This document shows, one piece after another, positions 1-59,783 of a stretch of DNA of 64,000 nt. Every line of letters begins with the position of its first letter. Position 1 is the first letter of the stretch. A model generated the notes under the pieces. That model saw nothing but the letters and a program-made list of their open reading frames with translations. It searched no databases and was not told where the DNA came from. Source of the stretch: Flaccisagitta enflata (taxonomy: Eukaryota); the NCBI GenBank assembly GCA_965153355.1, contig OZ231126.1, positions 46,810,001 through 46,874,000 on the forward strand. Reading direction: 5' to 3'. A program made the translations under genes and the position numbers.

Positions 1-283
1 ATGGACAATTTTACCATTTTTCTGCCAGCTGTGAAGCTTATACCGTATAAGTTTTATCATTCCCCCTCCCTGCTATTGCTCAAACAAATTATGATTGTAG
101 AATTACTTATGAGAAATGTTATTTGCAATTTCGATCAACTTCATCAAAGCATCCCTGTACCATTTTAACAAATTTGTGAGATAGAAGGGGTATGACGGAA
201 TTTGATACGATAACGGGTTACACTTGGCGTATTGTGACAAAAGTCTTCGTTTGCCCGTTATTATGTTTTTTTTTTCGCATCAG

Positions 284-425
284 GCCCGGATTTTTGGAAA
301 TTTGATTTGCCGAATCCTTTGTTGGGCAATCGGTTGTTCCAAGTTCAAAGTGGATATCCAAAGGAAATCGGCCTTTGGAATCTTCCACCGCCTTTCAGTA
401 CAGAAGGAATCGACGCCGCTTTTTG
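284..425 (+). CDS. Internal exon of a hemopexin-repeat (MMP-like) gene
   Basis: T-rich tract + CAG acceptor (281-283). Translates (G)PDFWKFDLPNPLLGNRLFQVQSGYPKEIGLWNLPPPFSTEGIDAAF(W), which contains the hemopexin motifs FWKF, GYPK and DAAF. A phase-2 GT donor at 426 joins in frame to the exon at 2756. Not in the ORF track in this frame. Confidence 0.8.
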
Positions 426-597
426 GTCCGAGTCTACTTAAGTCATTTTTAAGCACTGTTGGTCTCCTTCTGTCTTTGTCTCTGTCACTGTCTCTTTATC
501 ACTCTGTCTCCCTCAATGGCGCAATAAAGAATACAAGCGATACAATATCGTGCCTCTAACACCACTGTCTCTTTTTCCCTGCCTATCTGCATCGCTG

Positions 598-791
<194 letters not shown>

Positions 792-941
792 CCAATCTGT
801 CTATCTGTCTTTCTTTCCCTCTCCCCAGGCATATATTTGGGATTTCTTTAGACAGACGGTGATGGTAAATTCAACGATGCGGATGGCGGCATAACCTCGT
901 TAAAGTCAAAGTTAATCACAATGTAATGGTCTTATGGCATT

Positions 942-1162
942 TGTAGATATGTCAGCAGTTTGGTGCATCACAACCATTGAGATCTCTAATTCTGGCACAT
1001 TTCAACGCATTGAGATTCCTTATTCTGGCACATTTCAAAGCGTTGAGATTTCTCATTCTACGAGATTTATCTCAGTAGAATGAGAGATCCCAATGTGTTG
1101 AAATGTGCCAGAATGAGAGATTTCAATGCGTTGAGGTGTGCCAAACTGCTGACATATCTACA
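942..1162. mobile_element. Palindromic fold-back MITE-like element in the hemopexin-gene intron
   Basis: Perfect 22-bp terminal inverted repeat TGTAGATATGTCAGCAGTTTGG ... CCAAACTGCTGACATATCTACA; internal ~33-bp subrepeats (ATTCTGGCACATTTCAA) mirrored across the centre. Confidence 0.7.
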
Positions 1163-2452
1163 GATACTATAATGTCCATAGACTGTATGGTACTGTCTAC
1201 AAAAAACAATTATGCAAATTTTCCCCATTGTCCGAAGAAGTGTCTTTTCAGTGTAAAAGAAGAAAGTTTCTTTTTATGATCTTACTTTGTCTTTATTTCA
1301 CAGAAAGATCTCCAGAATCCTACCTCATTTCTTTCTTTGTAAATCTTTATTTAACAGGTCATCACCGCACAAACCCAAACACCAGTAGATTTAGATAATA
1401 GAATTGCCTCTCCGCATTGCGCTACATTTGTAACAACCCCCTCCTCTACAGACCGACCTCGTTTACTTGCTGTGAATTTAGTCTGGACTACCATTCACAC
1501 ATTTCGTTTGCAATCATTGGGTTTTCACTCTCCTTTTTTAGTCGCGTGCATGCGACTCTACAACCCGCTCTGTCGGTTTGTACGTCGGTCCATCGGTCCG
1601 TCGGTCCGTCAGTCCATCCGTCGGTCTGTTCGTCAGTCCGTCTGTCACACTTTATTTTCTTATCATACTTTGAGTTATTTTTAGTCATTCTAAGTCATTT
1701 TTAGTCATTCTAAGTCATTCTAAGTCATTCTAAGTCATGTTAAGTCATACTAAGTTATTCAAAGTCACTTAAGTCAAATAGGTCAAAGTAGTCATTTCAG
1801 TCATTTTATGTCTTTTAAAGTCATTTAAAGTCGTCTTGAGTCATTTTAAGTCATCTTGAGTCAATAAAAGTTATCTTAAGTTATCTATGTCCCGCACGCG
1901 ACTTATAGGTGTTGGCCTTGATTTTTATCATGGAAAAATTAAAAAGAACATTCAATCTTTCTGGTTATGATAAAACTAATTTCGGGTGACGAACAATTCC
2001 CTCGGGCCTTCCCGCCAGCCATTGATGTTGGCTGCTTTCCTTTACCCATGCCTTTGACTACGCGCCACGAAGCGTGTTCAAGCGTTTGTTTCATTTTATG
2101 CTAAACACTCATTAGAAGTCGTTGCAAGTGTTGAAAGCGAATTTTTGTCATGGAGGAAAAAAAACATTGTAAATCTTTTTTGTTTTTTTCCTCTCCATTG
2201 TTCGTTTCTTAGCAAGTTTGTGTGAGATTTTCATTAAAACATTTGCATAACTTGAGGGCCTCGACACTTGGCTACTATACATGACAAAGGTTCGTTGTTG
2301 CTTTGCTCGCTTAGATTTAATTTGCATTTAGGTCCAGATTGGTTACCCACGGATGGTTTGTTAGCTTGACTTTTGTAATTGATTTCTGCATTGTCTGTCC
2401 ATTCCAACCCCTAAAAAATTCATACCAAGTTGTTGGCCACGCACATGCGGCT

Positions 2453-2570
<118 letters not shown>

Positions 2571-2755
2571 CTCTCACCCACCTAATCGCTTATCCAACTT
2601 TCCCTCTCATCCATCCCTTCAAACATTCACGCAATCCCGCTTATTTCTTTTTTTTTTCTCTCAACAACATCACAACTCACACACCAACAACAACATCATT
2701 TGCATAAACACACGCGCACGCACGCGCGGAAAAACCCACAAACACACACACGTAG

Positions 2756-3152
2756 GTTTACGCCCGAACGTCGCATTTACTTCCTGAAGGGTGAGTCGGT
2801 GACTTACGTGACGCTGCAGCAGCAGTTTGGCAGTTGGTGGACTTGGCGTCCCGCGACGGCGGCCGTCCCTTTCAAGACCACTTGGCCGGGACTGCCGGAC
2901 GACGTCAAAATAACGGCGGCTCAAACTTACACCAACGATCGGCTGTATTTCTTCATCGAAGGCGGCCGGTATTACCGTTGGAACGGACTCAGTCGCCTGC
3001 AAGGCCCGGATGTAAACAATAACAACCCGTATCCTAGAGATACGGCCGTTTGGTGGCTGGAATGCAGCGAAAAGGAATCCGCGCTCATCGAACTTTATCC
3101 ACCCGATAAAATCAGATGGAACGTGGAGAGGAGAATGAGCGGCGGCGGCTAA
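2756..3152 (+). CDS. Terminal exon of the hemopexin-repeat (matrix metalloproteinase-like) gene
   Basis: TAG acceptor at 2753-2755. Splicing gives DAAFW-FTPERRIYFLKG...WPGLP...AAQTYTNDRLYFFIEGGRYYRW...YPRDTAVWWLEC, i.e. the final hemopexin blades with the closing Cys. Stop TAA at 3150-3152. The catalytic domain is not in the window, so MMP identity is an inference. Confidence 0.85.
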
Positions 3153-4133
3153 GCTGAGCGGACATGACAACCGGCGAATGTATGAGTGTGTGTGTGTAAT
3201 TTGTAGAAATGGGCGCGGAAGGTGTGATGGATTTAATGGATGAAGGGAAAGGGCTTGAGTTATAGTTTGTCGGAGTGTCGGAGTGTCGGGGTCAGAGAAT
3301 TGGGAGAACGTGCTGCCGTCTGACGGGGGAAATAAGCTGGTGCTGGTGTTGGTGCTGGTACTAGTGCTGATGGTAAAACACGAAAGAGCGTGTACTTGGA
3401 GTGGTTTTGGAAAAGTAAAGAAATCAACGTCGGAGTATATCTCAGAAAGAGAAGAAAGAACGACGATGACGTGATATAAAAAAAGAAATAATATTGAGAA
3501 AAGAATGCAAAGAAGTTGAGCGCGGAGCGGCTTGTGCGCGAGAGGAGAATAAGAGAGAGAGAAAAACGTGGACGCGGGTGTGGCGGTTGTAAAAAGGGAC
3601 TGGGCGTGTCAGTTGTGAAGGGGCGTGCGCGGCGTGGTGGGCAGTCAGAAGAAGTTATCGCGTCATTATGGAAATGTATCTTTCATTTTTCCCCCTTTCT
3701 TCCTTCTCCTCTTTTCTTCATTATAATTATAAACTCCCATTGTAATTCTTGATAAGGAAAAAGATGGGTCCGGGAAATGTGATTAACTAGATTCCCTATC
3801 GCGAAATCTCCTCCCAATGTTATTCTCCGGCTTTTTGTTCTAGTCTTAAATGTCTTTTTTTTTTCTTGAGCTTTTCGATTCTTCGAGATCCGGATTTGCC
3901 GGAAAACTCCTTTGTAACTTTGTAACTCGCACCCTTTCAGTCATTACGTCGTTCAGATCAAATATTGTTCCCCTTTTTGTCTCTCACTTCTTTTTTTCCC
4001 CCTTTTTTTTGTACTTTTGTTACGAAAGCGTGTAAGAGGATTACAATAAAGCAAGCTACCAGTCTCAAAGAAACCACCAAATCACCCACCATCTTGATTA
4101 TTACAACTTGAATCGATTGTTACGTGTGTAGAG

Positions 4134-4192
<59 letters not shown>

Positions 4193-4420
4193 TGGATGGA
4201 CGGATGAACACACACAGCTCTTAAGAGAAGAAGAAAAAGAAAGAAAGAAAGAAAGAAGAAAGAAAGAAAGAAGACAAAGAAGAAAGAAGAAAGAAAGAAA
4301 AGAAAGAAGAAAGAAAGAAGAAAGAAAGAAAGAAAGAAAGAAAAAAGAAAAAAAGACAAAAAGAAAAAAAGAAAAAAAGAAAAAAGAAAAAAAGAAAAAA
4401 AGAAAAAAGGAAAAAAGGAA

Positions 4421-5200
4421 AATAGTCGCAAAAGCGTTAGATGGTCAGCGGTACCCGTGCCCTGCTTAGTAGGTTGTGCTTGAAGTTGAGTGAGCAGGGC
4501 AGCGGCCCCGAAGGGGTCGATGACCTATGCTTTTACACAGGCTGGGATTTGGGCCTTGAGGCCTTGAGGCTGGGATTTGGAACTGGAGGCTGGGATTTTG
4601 GCCTTGAGTTTGAGATTTGGGCCTGGAGTTTGAGATTCGTGCTTGGAGGCTGGGATTTGGGCCTGGAGGCTGGGATTTGGGCCTGGAGATTGGGATTTAG
4701 GCCTGGAGGTTGGGGTTTGGGCCTGGAGGCTGGGATTTTGGCCTGGAGGCTGGGATTTGGGCCTTGAGGCTGGGATTTGGGCCTGGCGGCTGGGATTTGG
4801 GCCTTGAGGCTAGGAATTTGCCCTCAGTTTGGATTTAGCTCCCAGGTTGGGATTTGGGCTTCCAGGTTGGATTTAGGCCTTGAGGCTGGGATATGGGCCT
4901 CAAGGCTGGGATTTGGGCCTCGAGGCTGGGATTTGGGCCTCGAGGCTGAGATTTTGGCCTCGAGGCTAGAAATTTGGCCTCAAGTTTGGGATTTGGGCTT
5001 CCAGGTTGGGATTTGGGCCTCCAGGCTGGGATATGGGCCTCCAGGCTGGAATTTGGGACTTCAGGCTGGGATTTGAGCTGCAAAGCAGGATTTTGGGCCT
5101 GTAGGCTGGGATTTGGGTCTAGGGGGGGGACTGACGAAGAAGAAGGCGAAGGAGAAGGAGAAGGAGGAAAAATTCCCCATGTGTGTAGAAAACATAGGAA
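4421..5200 (-). mobile_element. Same repeat group, with a (GAGGCTGGGATTTGGGCCTTG)-type 21-bp array
   Basis: GGGCAGCGGCCCCGAAGGGGTCGATGACCTATGC terminus shared with 59161 and 49887; 21-bp tandem array at about 4540-5120. Confidence 0.65.
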
Positions 5201-5978
5201 TTATTAAAAAGAAAAAGAAAAAAAAAAAGAAAAAAGAAAAAGAAAAAAAAAAAAAAGAAAAGAAAAAAGAAAAAAGAAAAAAAAAGAAAAAAGAAAAAAA
5301 GAAGAAAAAAGAAAAAAAAAAAATAAAAAGAATAAAAGAATGAAGAATAAATAAAAAATAAAAGAATAAAGAAAAGGAAAAAAAAGAAAAATGAAAAGAA
5401 AAGAAGAAAGAAGAAAGAAAAAAAAGAAAAAAAAGAAAAAAGAAAAAAGAAAAAAAGAAAAAAAGAAAAAAGAAAAAAAAGAAAAAAAGAGAAGAAGAAA
5501 AAAGAAAAAAGAAAAAATGGAACAGATGGAAAAAGGAGAAAAAAGAAAAAAAGGAAAAAAGAAAAAGAGAAAAAGAGAAAAAGAGAAAAAGAGAAAAAGA
5601 GAAAAAGAGAAAAAGAGAAAAAGAGAGAAAAAAAAAGGAATAGCAGCCCAAAGGCAGTAAGTGGTCAGCGGTACCCTTGCCCTGCTGGAGTAGTTAGTGA
5701 TTTTAGTTGAGGGGGAGCAGGGAAGCGCCCCTGAAGGGGACTACGTCCTGTAGAACACTGCAGAACTATCCGTCCTTCCATCTGTCTGTTTGTCTTTTTG
5801 TCGAGGATGCTATAAATCTCATTGAAGAACAATTAACATGAAAAATTCAAAACAGAATAATAAATGACAAAATGCAATAAATGGTAAACAGTACCCATGC
5901 CCTGCTGGAGTATCTTGTTGGTTGAATTGAGGAAGAACAGGATCTGGGTCTGTAAGGCCAGAATCTGGGTCTCAGAGA

Positions 5979-6114
5979 TAGGGATGTGGAAGCGATTGAC
6001 CGCTTCCATTTTGGTGGGTGGGATAGCTACTAGTATTTGAACTGCAAAATGGAAGCGGAAGCGGAAGCGGAAGCGGTGGAAGCGGCATAAAAATCGACCG
6101 CTTCCACATCCCTA
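5979..6114. mobile_element. hAT-type MITE (136 bp) with 8-bp TSD
   Basis: TIR TAGGGATGTGGAAGCG...CGCTTCCACATCCCTA; identical flanking CTCAGAGA at 5971-5978 and 6115-6122; internal GGAAGC repeats. Confidence 0.85.
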
Positions 6115-6911
6115 CTCAGAGACCAGCATTTTGGTTTCAGAGTCCAGGTTTTGTGTCTTTGCATCCAGGATTTGGGTCTCAGTGGCCAGAATCAGAAACC
6201 CAGAGGTCAAGATCTGGGTCTCTATGGTCAGGATGTTGGATTCAAGGGCCAGAATCTGGGTATGAGAAGCCAGAATCTAGGTCTAAGGGGCCAAAATGAA
6301 AGACCTTAGACCAAAATTCAGGTTTTCAAGCCAGATTTGAGCTATTTTGCCTAGATTTAGGCTATTCTGCTTAAATTTGGGTTATTTTGCTTGAATTTGC
6401 GCCATATTGCCTGGATTTGGGCTATTTGGCGGAGTTTGGGTTAGAATGGGCCCCAAAGAAGACAAAGCCCTTAGGATGGGTCTGGAGGGGGACGGACATA
6501 TGTATGTCTGAATGTACGGACGCATAGATGAATGGACGAACAGATTCCCCCTGTGTTCCACAGGACTTCGTCCCCTTCGACGCCCCTTCGACGTCTTGGC
6601 CCGTGTATCCGGCCTTGTTCCCTTTCAATATTGACTATATACTGCACTGATGGTAACAGGGAAAGAAAGACCTTGACATCCGCAAAGACAAGAGAAAATT
6701 GACACAATTTTCTCTAAAATGAGGGAATATATCGATTGCTTTTCTCATTTCTTCGCTTGACACGACCTCAAACTCGAAGAAGATGAACAAGGCTTTTGTT
6801 CCCACTTTCTTTTCCATATTAACAAATTCCCAATAGAGACCTCTGTCATTGGAATGTCGAAAACGCGGTGAGGATAAAAGGTCAACGCAACCAAGGCCAG
6901 GTTTCTCGTTT

Positions 6912-7035
<124 letters not shown>

Positions 7036-9700
7036 TACACAGACATAAAGATATGCGTACCGAGAGAGAATCAAACGACCCATCAGAATGAGATTCCTAT
7101 GCTCAGACCCAATTTGATGGTGTTGAATACAGAGTTTTTACAGACTTGTAGGTGGAGGGGCAGATAAACAGATAGACAGACTGCGAAAAGGACAGTCGGA
7201 TAGAGGGACAGATAGAGCAAAAGTGGCATCATGTGTTACGTGACAGAAAAAAGCTTTCATTGTCATTTCTCTGTACATCTTGCCATTTCATCGACGCGTT
7301 GAGTTGTCTGTTCCGCATGAAGCAAGCTCCTGTGCTCTTTCGCGACCTCTGAACAAGAAGATCTAGAACATTTTCCATTTGCATATTGAAAGCCATTTTG
7401 AAATTGTTGCGGGAAGAAAGAAGACAATCCATTTCATCAGCCAGCTGTTACAAAGCAAGAGGTCAAGAAAGGGTCGACCAAATACTATCTAGAACAAAAG
7501 TATGTCGGCAAGATAAGAATCAGGTTGCATATCCATTAAATCATTAAGAAAACATCAATGAAACACATGTGATACTTTCTTTTAGTCTTGTGGACATCAA
7601 AACATTTCATCAATTGCATTGATATGCTTTTTTAGATGTATTTTGTTGTAGAACGACACGATCTCCTCTCATAACTTGAAAGCAGATTGTTTTTAAGCCC
7701 ATGCTCAATGGTGTGGGCTCCCTTCTCCGCAGCTGTCTTCCAAACACTATCTAACATGACACTGGGTTAAGAGGGCGTGAGGACGTGACATGACTTCCGT
7801 TTGGCATCACAGAAGCAGCAAAAATTTCCTCAAATAACTGAAAAAAATTGTTTAGTCAAGTGTAGTAACTGATAGGAAATAAAATGCAATTTTTCTTATT
7901 TTGCTTTTGGAGTAGCAATCTTGTTTTACTTGCCATTTCTAAACGAATTGAGATATAAGAACGCGGTTGGTGGCCTTAGCTCAGAAATTCGATGTAGTTT
8001 CAGAATCTCACCGATTTTTATGTGAATTTCTTGTTTTAAGCGGAGTTATGGTCCATAATGCTTGCCGACAAACATATGTTCTAGATAGTATATGGAAAAA
8101 ATGTCAAATAAGAACAGACAAAATAACTCGATCGACTGACTTACTATAAATCTCATGTCATGCACACAAATCAAGTGTAATTGAAACTTCGGTATCAAAA
8201 TTCCAAAGTGATGTTATCATTTCGCTTGCCTTTATTATCGGGTGTTCAAATAAAGATTGTAGAGGTTTTCTGTTGTATACGCACACTATGGAGCATGTAG
8301 AGACACAAGTAAGGTACCATTTGATAGAGTTCAATCTGTTTGACATTTTGGTGTATGGTTTTTTGTTTTGTTAGTTCAGTCAAGATTTCCAAGTTAATCA
8401 AGGTAGAAAACTTTCCCGAATCAAACCAGTAGAAAAACGGTGTTTCCCTATTAAAATTTCCTCTTTAAGCTTTGCAAAGGGCCACTTAAACACAAGCTAC
8501 TGCAGAAATCTTTTAAATTTATACTCTCGGAACAAAGATCTAGAAACTCAAAAAGACCCGCACATTTCTAGCATCTCTCGTTACTGACACAATTTTTTTT
8601 CGAAGAAACAGTACTTAAGCGCGCTGGAGACATTTTCATTTGAGCACGCACCGACCATCTACTCGCCCCTCTCCACTCATCTGTTCGTAAGGCGAAGTTT
8701 ATAATGCGTTGTATTGCGATTGGCTATGACTTATGAGCACGCATGACGAATCTCCCGTTTACTACAACCCTCCTTGCCTATCAATTAATAGATAACTGAA
8801 AATTGAAAAAAAAAAACCAAAAAACATTTTGTTAGGAGAGTAGAAGTTTTAATCATGATCCGCAAAACAACTTTAAATCAAAATTTTCCATTGGTTTTAT
8901 TTGTATGTGTGCCATCATGGGAGCGATTGCAAAAGAAATAGAGAAAAAAATTAGCAAACTCAATGAAATAGTAATAAATAGCAATTGAAGAGGCATATCA
9001 ATTCTTCAATACGATGGATATATGAAACAACAACACCATGAAAAAGTCATATCAACAAAACGTTGCGATAAATGAACAGAGCAAAGAACGAATCAATAAA
9101 CGTCATATAAAAGCACTTCAGTAGGAGTTTGAGAAAAAACATCTTCAGGAAAAAAAAAACATCACCGGAAATTGACAATTGACAAAGCAGAGCATTATTA
9201 TTCTTTCTGTGAAGCGAGGATGGGCTGGGAAGAGCTGTAATCTTTTTTTTTTTCCTAACTGTGTATTATTCTGAATTTTTTGTCACTATCTATAGATATA
9301 ATGATTCTTTCGAAACAATGACCCAATATTGTGATTTTTTTGTGTGTAAAGCTAATCATCACTTGTATGGGTTTCATTTTGAAAAAAAAAAGAAATACGA
9401 CGAAGACATAAGTTAAAAACAAGAGAGGAAAAAGGTTTAAAAAAGAATTTAAGAAGCTAGACTCGTGTTTTCTAATCTCTATGGAAGCATTGCATAAAAC
9501 GAGTGAGGGAGACGTTCATATCATTATCTCGTATTCAAATCTTCATTCTAAATGGCTTTCTGGGTAACAATAAAAAAAAAACATTTTAATTCCACTCAAA
9601 GTTTTTTTCTCTTTTCGTGATGAAAATCTAACGCGTGAAATCGGGAATTTCTCAATTCTCTACTGTCAACAAGAAAGAGATTAATACTTGATTGTTTTCT

Positions 9701-9772
<72 letters not shown>

Positions 9773-9981
9773 TTCTTTTTATTTAATTTCTTATTGGCCT
9801 CCTCTCTTAGATATCAGGTGTGAGCAACTAGTTTTGCAGTTATTAAAACTTTTTTATTTGTTAATCTGTAAGACCCATAGCATAGGAAGAAATAGCATAG
9901 GCATAGAAAGAAAGAAAGAAAATTTAAAAAACGGGGAATTATGAAGGAGAGAGCAAAAGAAAGAAAGAAAAGAGGGAAAAA

Positions 9982-10045
<64 letters not shown>

Positions 10046-10051
10046 AGGAAA

Positions 10052-10100
<49 letters not shown>

Positions 10101-10647
10101 AGGAAAGAAAAAGAAAAAGAGATAGAGAGAGGATGTGAGCGCGCTCAATCAGCAATTCCGATTCTAAATAGAGCGAGACTGATTCACAGTTGAGCCCCAA
10201 ACGCAAATGAAAAAGTTGGTTTTTTTTATGAGAAAAATTTCCTCGCAGCGACATAAACAAATTAACACGTAAAAAAATACTTAACCAAAGTGAGAAGAAA
10301 CCAATAAGATTAAAATTTATGCTCAAAGCTCACATCACTGGCGTTAATATCGCCGAGTGTAACTGTGAATGGATTGACGGTGGGAATGCGGTTGTTGGGA
10401 CCTACGCGAAATTTGTATGGAATTGGGAAGTATACCACGAAAATGTCGTGCATCAGGTAGGTGCGGGCTATTTACCATGAAAAAGCGAGCCGTTTGCTAG
10501 ACAATTTCCAGGTTGCCATTGATGATGTTCCAGTGAATTATGCAACTGTCACACGTTGTATGTGTGCCTTTGCTCATGAGAATGGCAAATCATGCAACTG
10601 TTAACTATCACAACAAGTTGCATGTCCTTGCCCGAAAGAAAGACGAA

Positions 10648-56091
<45,444 letters not shown>

Positions 56092-56573
56092 GGTCAATGT
56101 TTGTTTGTTTGTTTGTTTTGATTTAGTTTTAGTTTTGTATTCTGTTTTGCTCTTGTTTGTATTCAGTGTTGCTTTTTTTTGTCTGTTTTTCTTCCTACTT
56201 TCTTTTTCCTATGATTGGAGAATTAAAAGCTTTTTCTTCGTTCTTTCTTCCTCTCTTATTTATCCCGGCTTAATTAGTGAGGCGCCCTCTTCCTGTTTGA
56301 CGTGTGATTGAACTGAAATGACGACACTCGTTGTTGCAGCTTTGACGTTTTTAAAAAGATTTTTTTTCTTTTACGATTCTGATTTTATATAATAAAGATC
56401 TCGATCAGAAACTAGAAGTTATTAAGTGAATTCTTTTTTTAAAGCAAAGCTGACGAGTTTTTTTTTATTTAGTGTTTCTGGATTTATGTTTCTAAACTGG
56501 TTTTTTTTTATTTACACTACCTTGTTTTCAAAAGTTGACCTGCGTTGAAAAAAAACCAAAGTAACATCATTAA

Positions 56574-57238
56574 CAGCGGCGTAGGACAAGGGACATCAGG
56601 GACATCAATTGATGTCCCTGCTGTCGGGACACCAAAGTTGTCGGGACACCAAAGAAGAAAAAAGGAGAAAGAAAGTTGAGAAAAAAAAAAAAAAAAAAAG
56701 AAAAAAAAGAAGGTAGGAAAAAAAAGACAGAGAGAGAGAGAAAGAGACAGAGACAGAGACAGACAGACAGAGACAGACAGACAGACAGACGGACAAGCAG
56801 GAAAAGTAAAAAAAGTAGAAGAAAAATAGATGAAACAAAAGATGAAGACGTAAAGAAAAGAAAATAGTAAAACCAACAGAAAGACAAAAAGACTGATATA
56901 TGGACTCATAAAGCCTATGAAAGATTAGAAATTGAAAGTGACAGGTTATGAAATATTGCTCTCTTGAATTCCTGATCACCTTCTCCCATCCACCTTCAAA
57001 ACGCACAAGCTGTGGCTGAGAAAGAAAATAACTATTTTCTCCTTTTCCAGGCATGATTAGGCCCCATCCCACTTATCGATTATCTAAGATCTCAAAGAAA
57101 ACAAGAGTATGGTAGTAATTACGATTTTTCACAATTTTCAAGCAAAAACTAGATATTATTGTCCGTTGGGACACCAGATTTGTCGGACACTAGCTTGGTG
57201 GCTGATGTTCTAAGAAAGCCACCTCCCCTACGCCGCTG
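56574..57238. mobile_element. Non-autonomous hAT-type element (665 bp) with 8-bp TSD
   Basis: TIR CAGCGGCGTAGG / CCTACGCCGCTG; TSD ATCATTAA at 56566-56573 and 57239-57246; subterminal GGGACA repeats. Confidence 0.85.
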
Positions 57239-57484
57239 ATCATTAACATGCGGCGTCGAAAGAAATTGTTTCAAAGAAGCAAATGATCAATGAGTAATGA
57301 ATCGAAATTACCAACAAAAAAAGAAAAAAAAACAATAACGAAGATACTGCAACAACAACATCGACAACGACGACAACATGATAATGATAGGTTTGTAATC
57401 ACACATCAGGTTGTGTAGACAAGGGGGTACAATTTCAAAAACTTACAATAAAATGGATAAGGTTGTACATACTAGGGGAATAAT

Positions 57485-57627
<143 letters not shown>

Positions 57628-57939
57628 AATGTAGACGAGTCAATCACAACAACAACGATGACCCCGATAGGAGGAGCTTCAATTTTCTAATGTGGCAATT
57701 AGAGGCCATTATTACGCTCGATCATCAATGCATTTCTGTCAAGTTATTACTAAATGATTTCTTTTTTTTTTTTAGTTCTTTAGTTCTTTCAGAAAAATGA
57801 ACCAATCGCTTCTTCATATCTATCCAGGTGCACTTGTTCATTCCTGAATAGATTTAAACAACACGACAATATTGTCCTTGCATCTTAAGATTAAGAAGGC
57901 TTTTGTTTTGAGATTAAAAATTTGTTTTTGAATGGTGAG

Positions 57940-57974
<35 letters not shown>

Positions 57975-58849
57975 AGAGAGAGAGAGAAAAGAGAGAGAGA
58001 GAAAAGAGAGAGAGAGAGCAGTCAGTCATGCAGACACGCATACATGCTGACACACAGACCGATAGACAGGAAGAACAAGACAGACAGAAAGAAAGAAAGA
58101 GTTATAGTTATAGTTATAGTCATAGTCATAGTCGTCGTCATAGTCATAGTTATAGTTATAGTTATAGTTATAGTTATAGTTATAGTTATAGTTATAGTTG
58201 ATACAAAAACCCAGATGCACACACAAAGACAGACAAGCTGACAGACGGAGGGAGGTGCGCAAAAAAAAAAAAAAAAAAAAAAAAAGGAATAGAGATCGAG
58301 GAAGACGGAATGAAGAGGTAATGACTTAGCCCAAAAACAAACAAACAGGTTAAAGGAATGATATTGTCTTCATGAATTCAAAACAGGGCGGGAACAAGGT
58401 CCACACCAATCGAAAATATAAGAGCTGGAACTGCAATCGAAGAAATTCGCACGACGATTACTGTTTGGTTCCTGAGAAAATGATTTTTTTTTGTCGCGAC
58501 ATAGAAGGAACACGAGTCGATCACTCGATCGGTCCGTTGATTGGTTTGCATTGGTTTCTAAGATATTATAGATTTATAGTATATTACGAAGCACGCTACA
58601 TCTTTTTCATGAGTTTGTGCTTGTTTTACAAGCGAAGCAAAATGGCTGCATCCTTATATGTTTAACGGTATGATGAAGTAGTGCAAATGAAGTAGCTTTC
58701 CCTCTTACGCTCACTTTAACCCTCATCCTACACCCCCACCCCCACCCCCTTCCCCCATCATTGTCAAGCTTCTTTTTGATCATTACTACTCCAACGAAGG
58801 CTTTACATTCCGCTTGGAATTTCGAACTTTGCTCGCGAAGGTCCCACTA

Positions 58850-58949
<100 letters not shown>

Positions 58950-59160
58950 GTTCGCAAAACACGATTTTCGTGTCGTTTTGTCGAAAAAGACTTCGATTTC
59001 AACTTTCAAAAGTGAAACAGCTTCCTCTGGACTTGTTTGAGTCTTGAGACTTGATTAGAAAATTGTTTTACTTCCTTTCCTCATCTTTTTTTTTCGTCTA
59101 CTCCTCCTCCTCCTCCTCCTCCTCCTTCTTATTCTTCTTGTTTTTCTTCTTTTCCCTTTT

Positions 59161-59610
59161 GGGCAGCGGCCCCGAAGGGGTCGATGACCTATGCTTTCAC
59201 ACATATGGAGAATTTTCTCCTTCTTCTCCTCCTTCTTCTCCGTCCCCCCTCCCTCAGATCCCAGTCCCGAGGCCCAAATTCCAGTCTCAAGGCCCAAATT
59301 CCAGTTTCGAGGCCCAAATTCCTATCTTGAGGCCCAAATCCTAGCCTTGAGGCCCAAATCCTAGCCTAGAGGCCCAAATCCTGGCCTCGAGACCCAGATC
59401 CCAGCCTTCAGGCTCAAATCTCCACCTTGAAGTCCAAATCTCAGCCAAGAAGACGGATCCCAGGAGGAGGAGGAGAGGGAGAAAATTCCCCATATGTGTG
59501 AAACGCCAGGTCGTCGACCGCAAGGCGCTTCCTGTTCCATCCAGCACAAAGCGCAGCCCTCTCCGGGCAGGGCACGGCCACCGCGGCCATCTGACCGCTT
59601 TGCGACTATT
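59161..59610 (+). mobile_element. 21-bp-array repeat element
   Basis: Same termini (...TTTCACACATATGGAGAATTTTCTCC / GGAGAAAATTCCCCATATGTGTGAAA) and GAGGCCCAAATCC repeats. Confidence 0.65.
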
Positions 59611-59737
59611 TTATTCTCTCACCTCTCTTCCTTTTTGCTCTTCTTCTTCTTCTTTTTCTTTCTCTTCTTCTTCTTCTTCTTCTTCTTTTTCTTCTTTTTC
59701 TTCTTCTTCTTTTTCTTCTTCCTCTTCTTCTCCTTCT

Positions 59738-59783
<46 letters not shown>

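Noticed and set aside
829-2355. Possible micro-exons AYIWDFFRQT (~829) and VQIGYPRM (~2332) that resemble hemopexin motifs
   Set aside because: Exon 284-425 already splices in phase to 2756 and gives a complete blade. The phases of these fragments do not fit, so they are probably chance matches.
2791-2826. Strong donor-like AAGG|GTGAGT inside the terminal hemopexin exon
   Set aside because: The nearby CAG acceptors would give a ~30-36-nt intron and shift out of the hemopexin frame, while the unspliced frame is open
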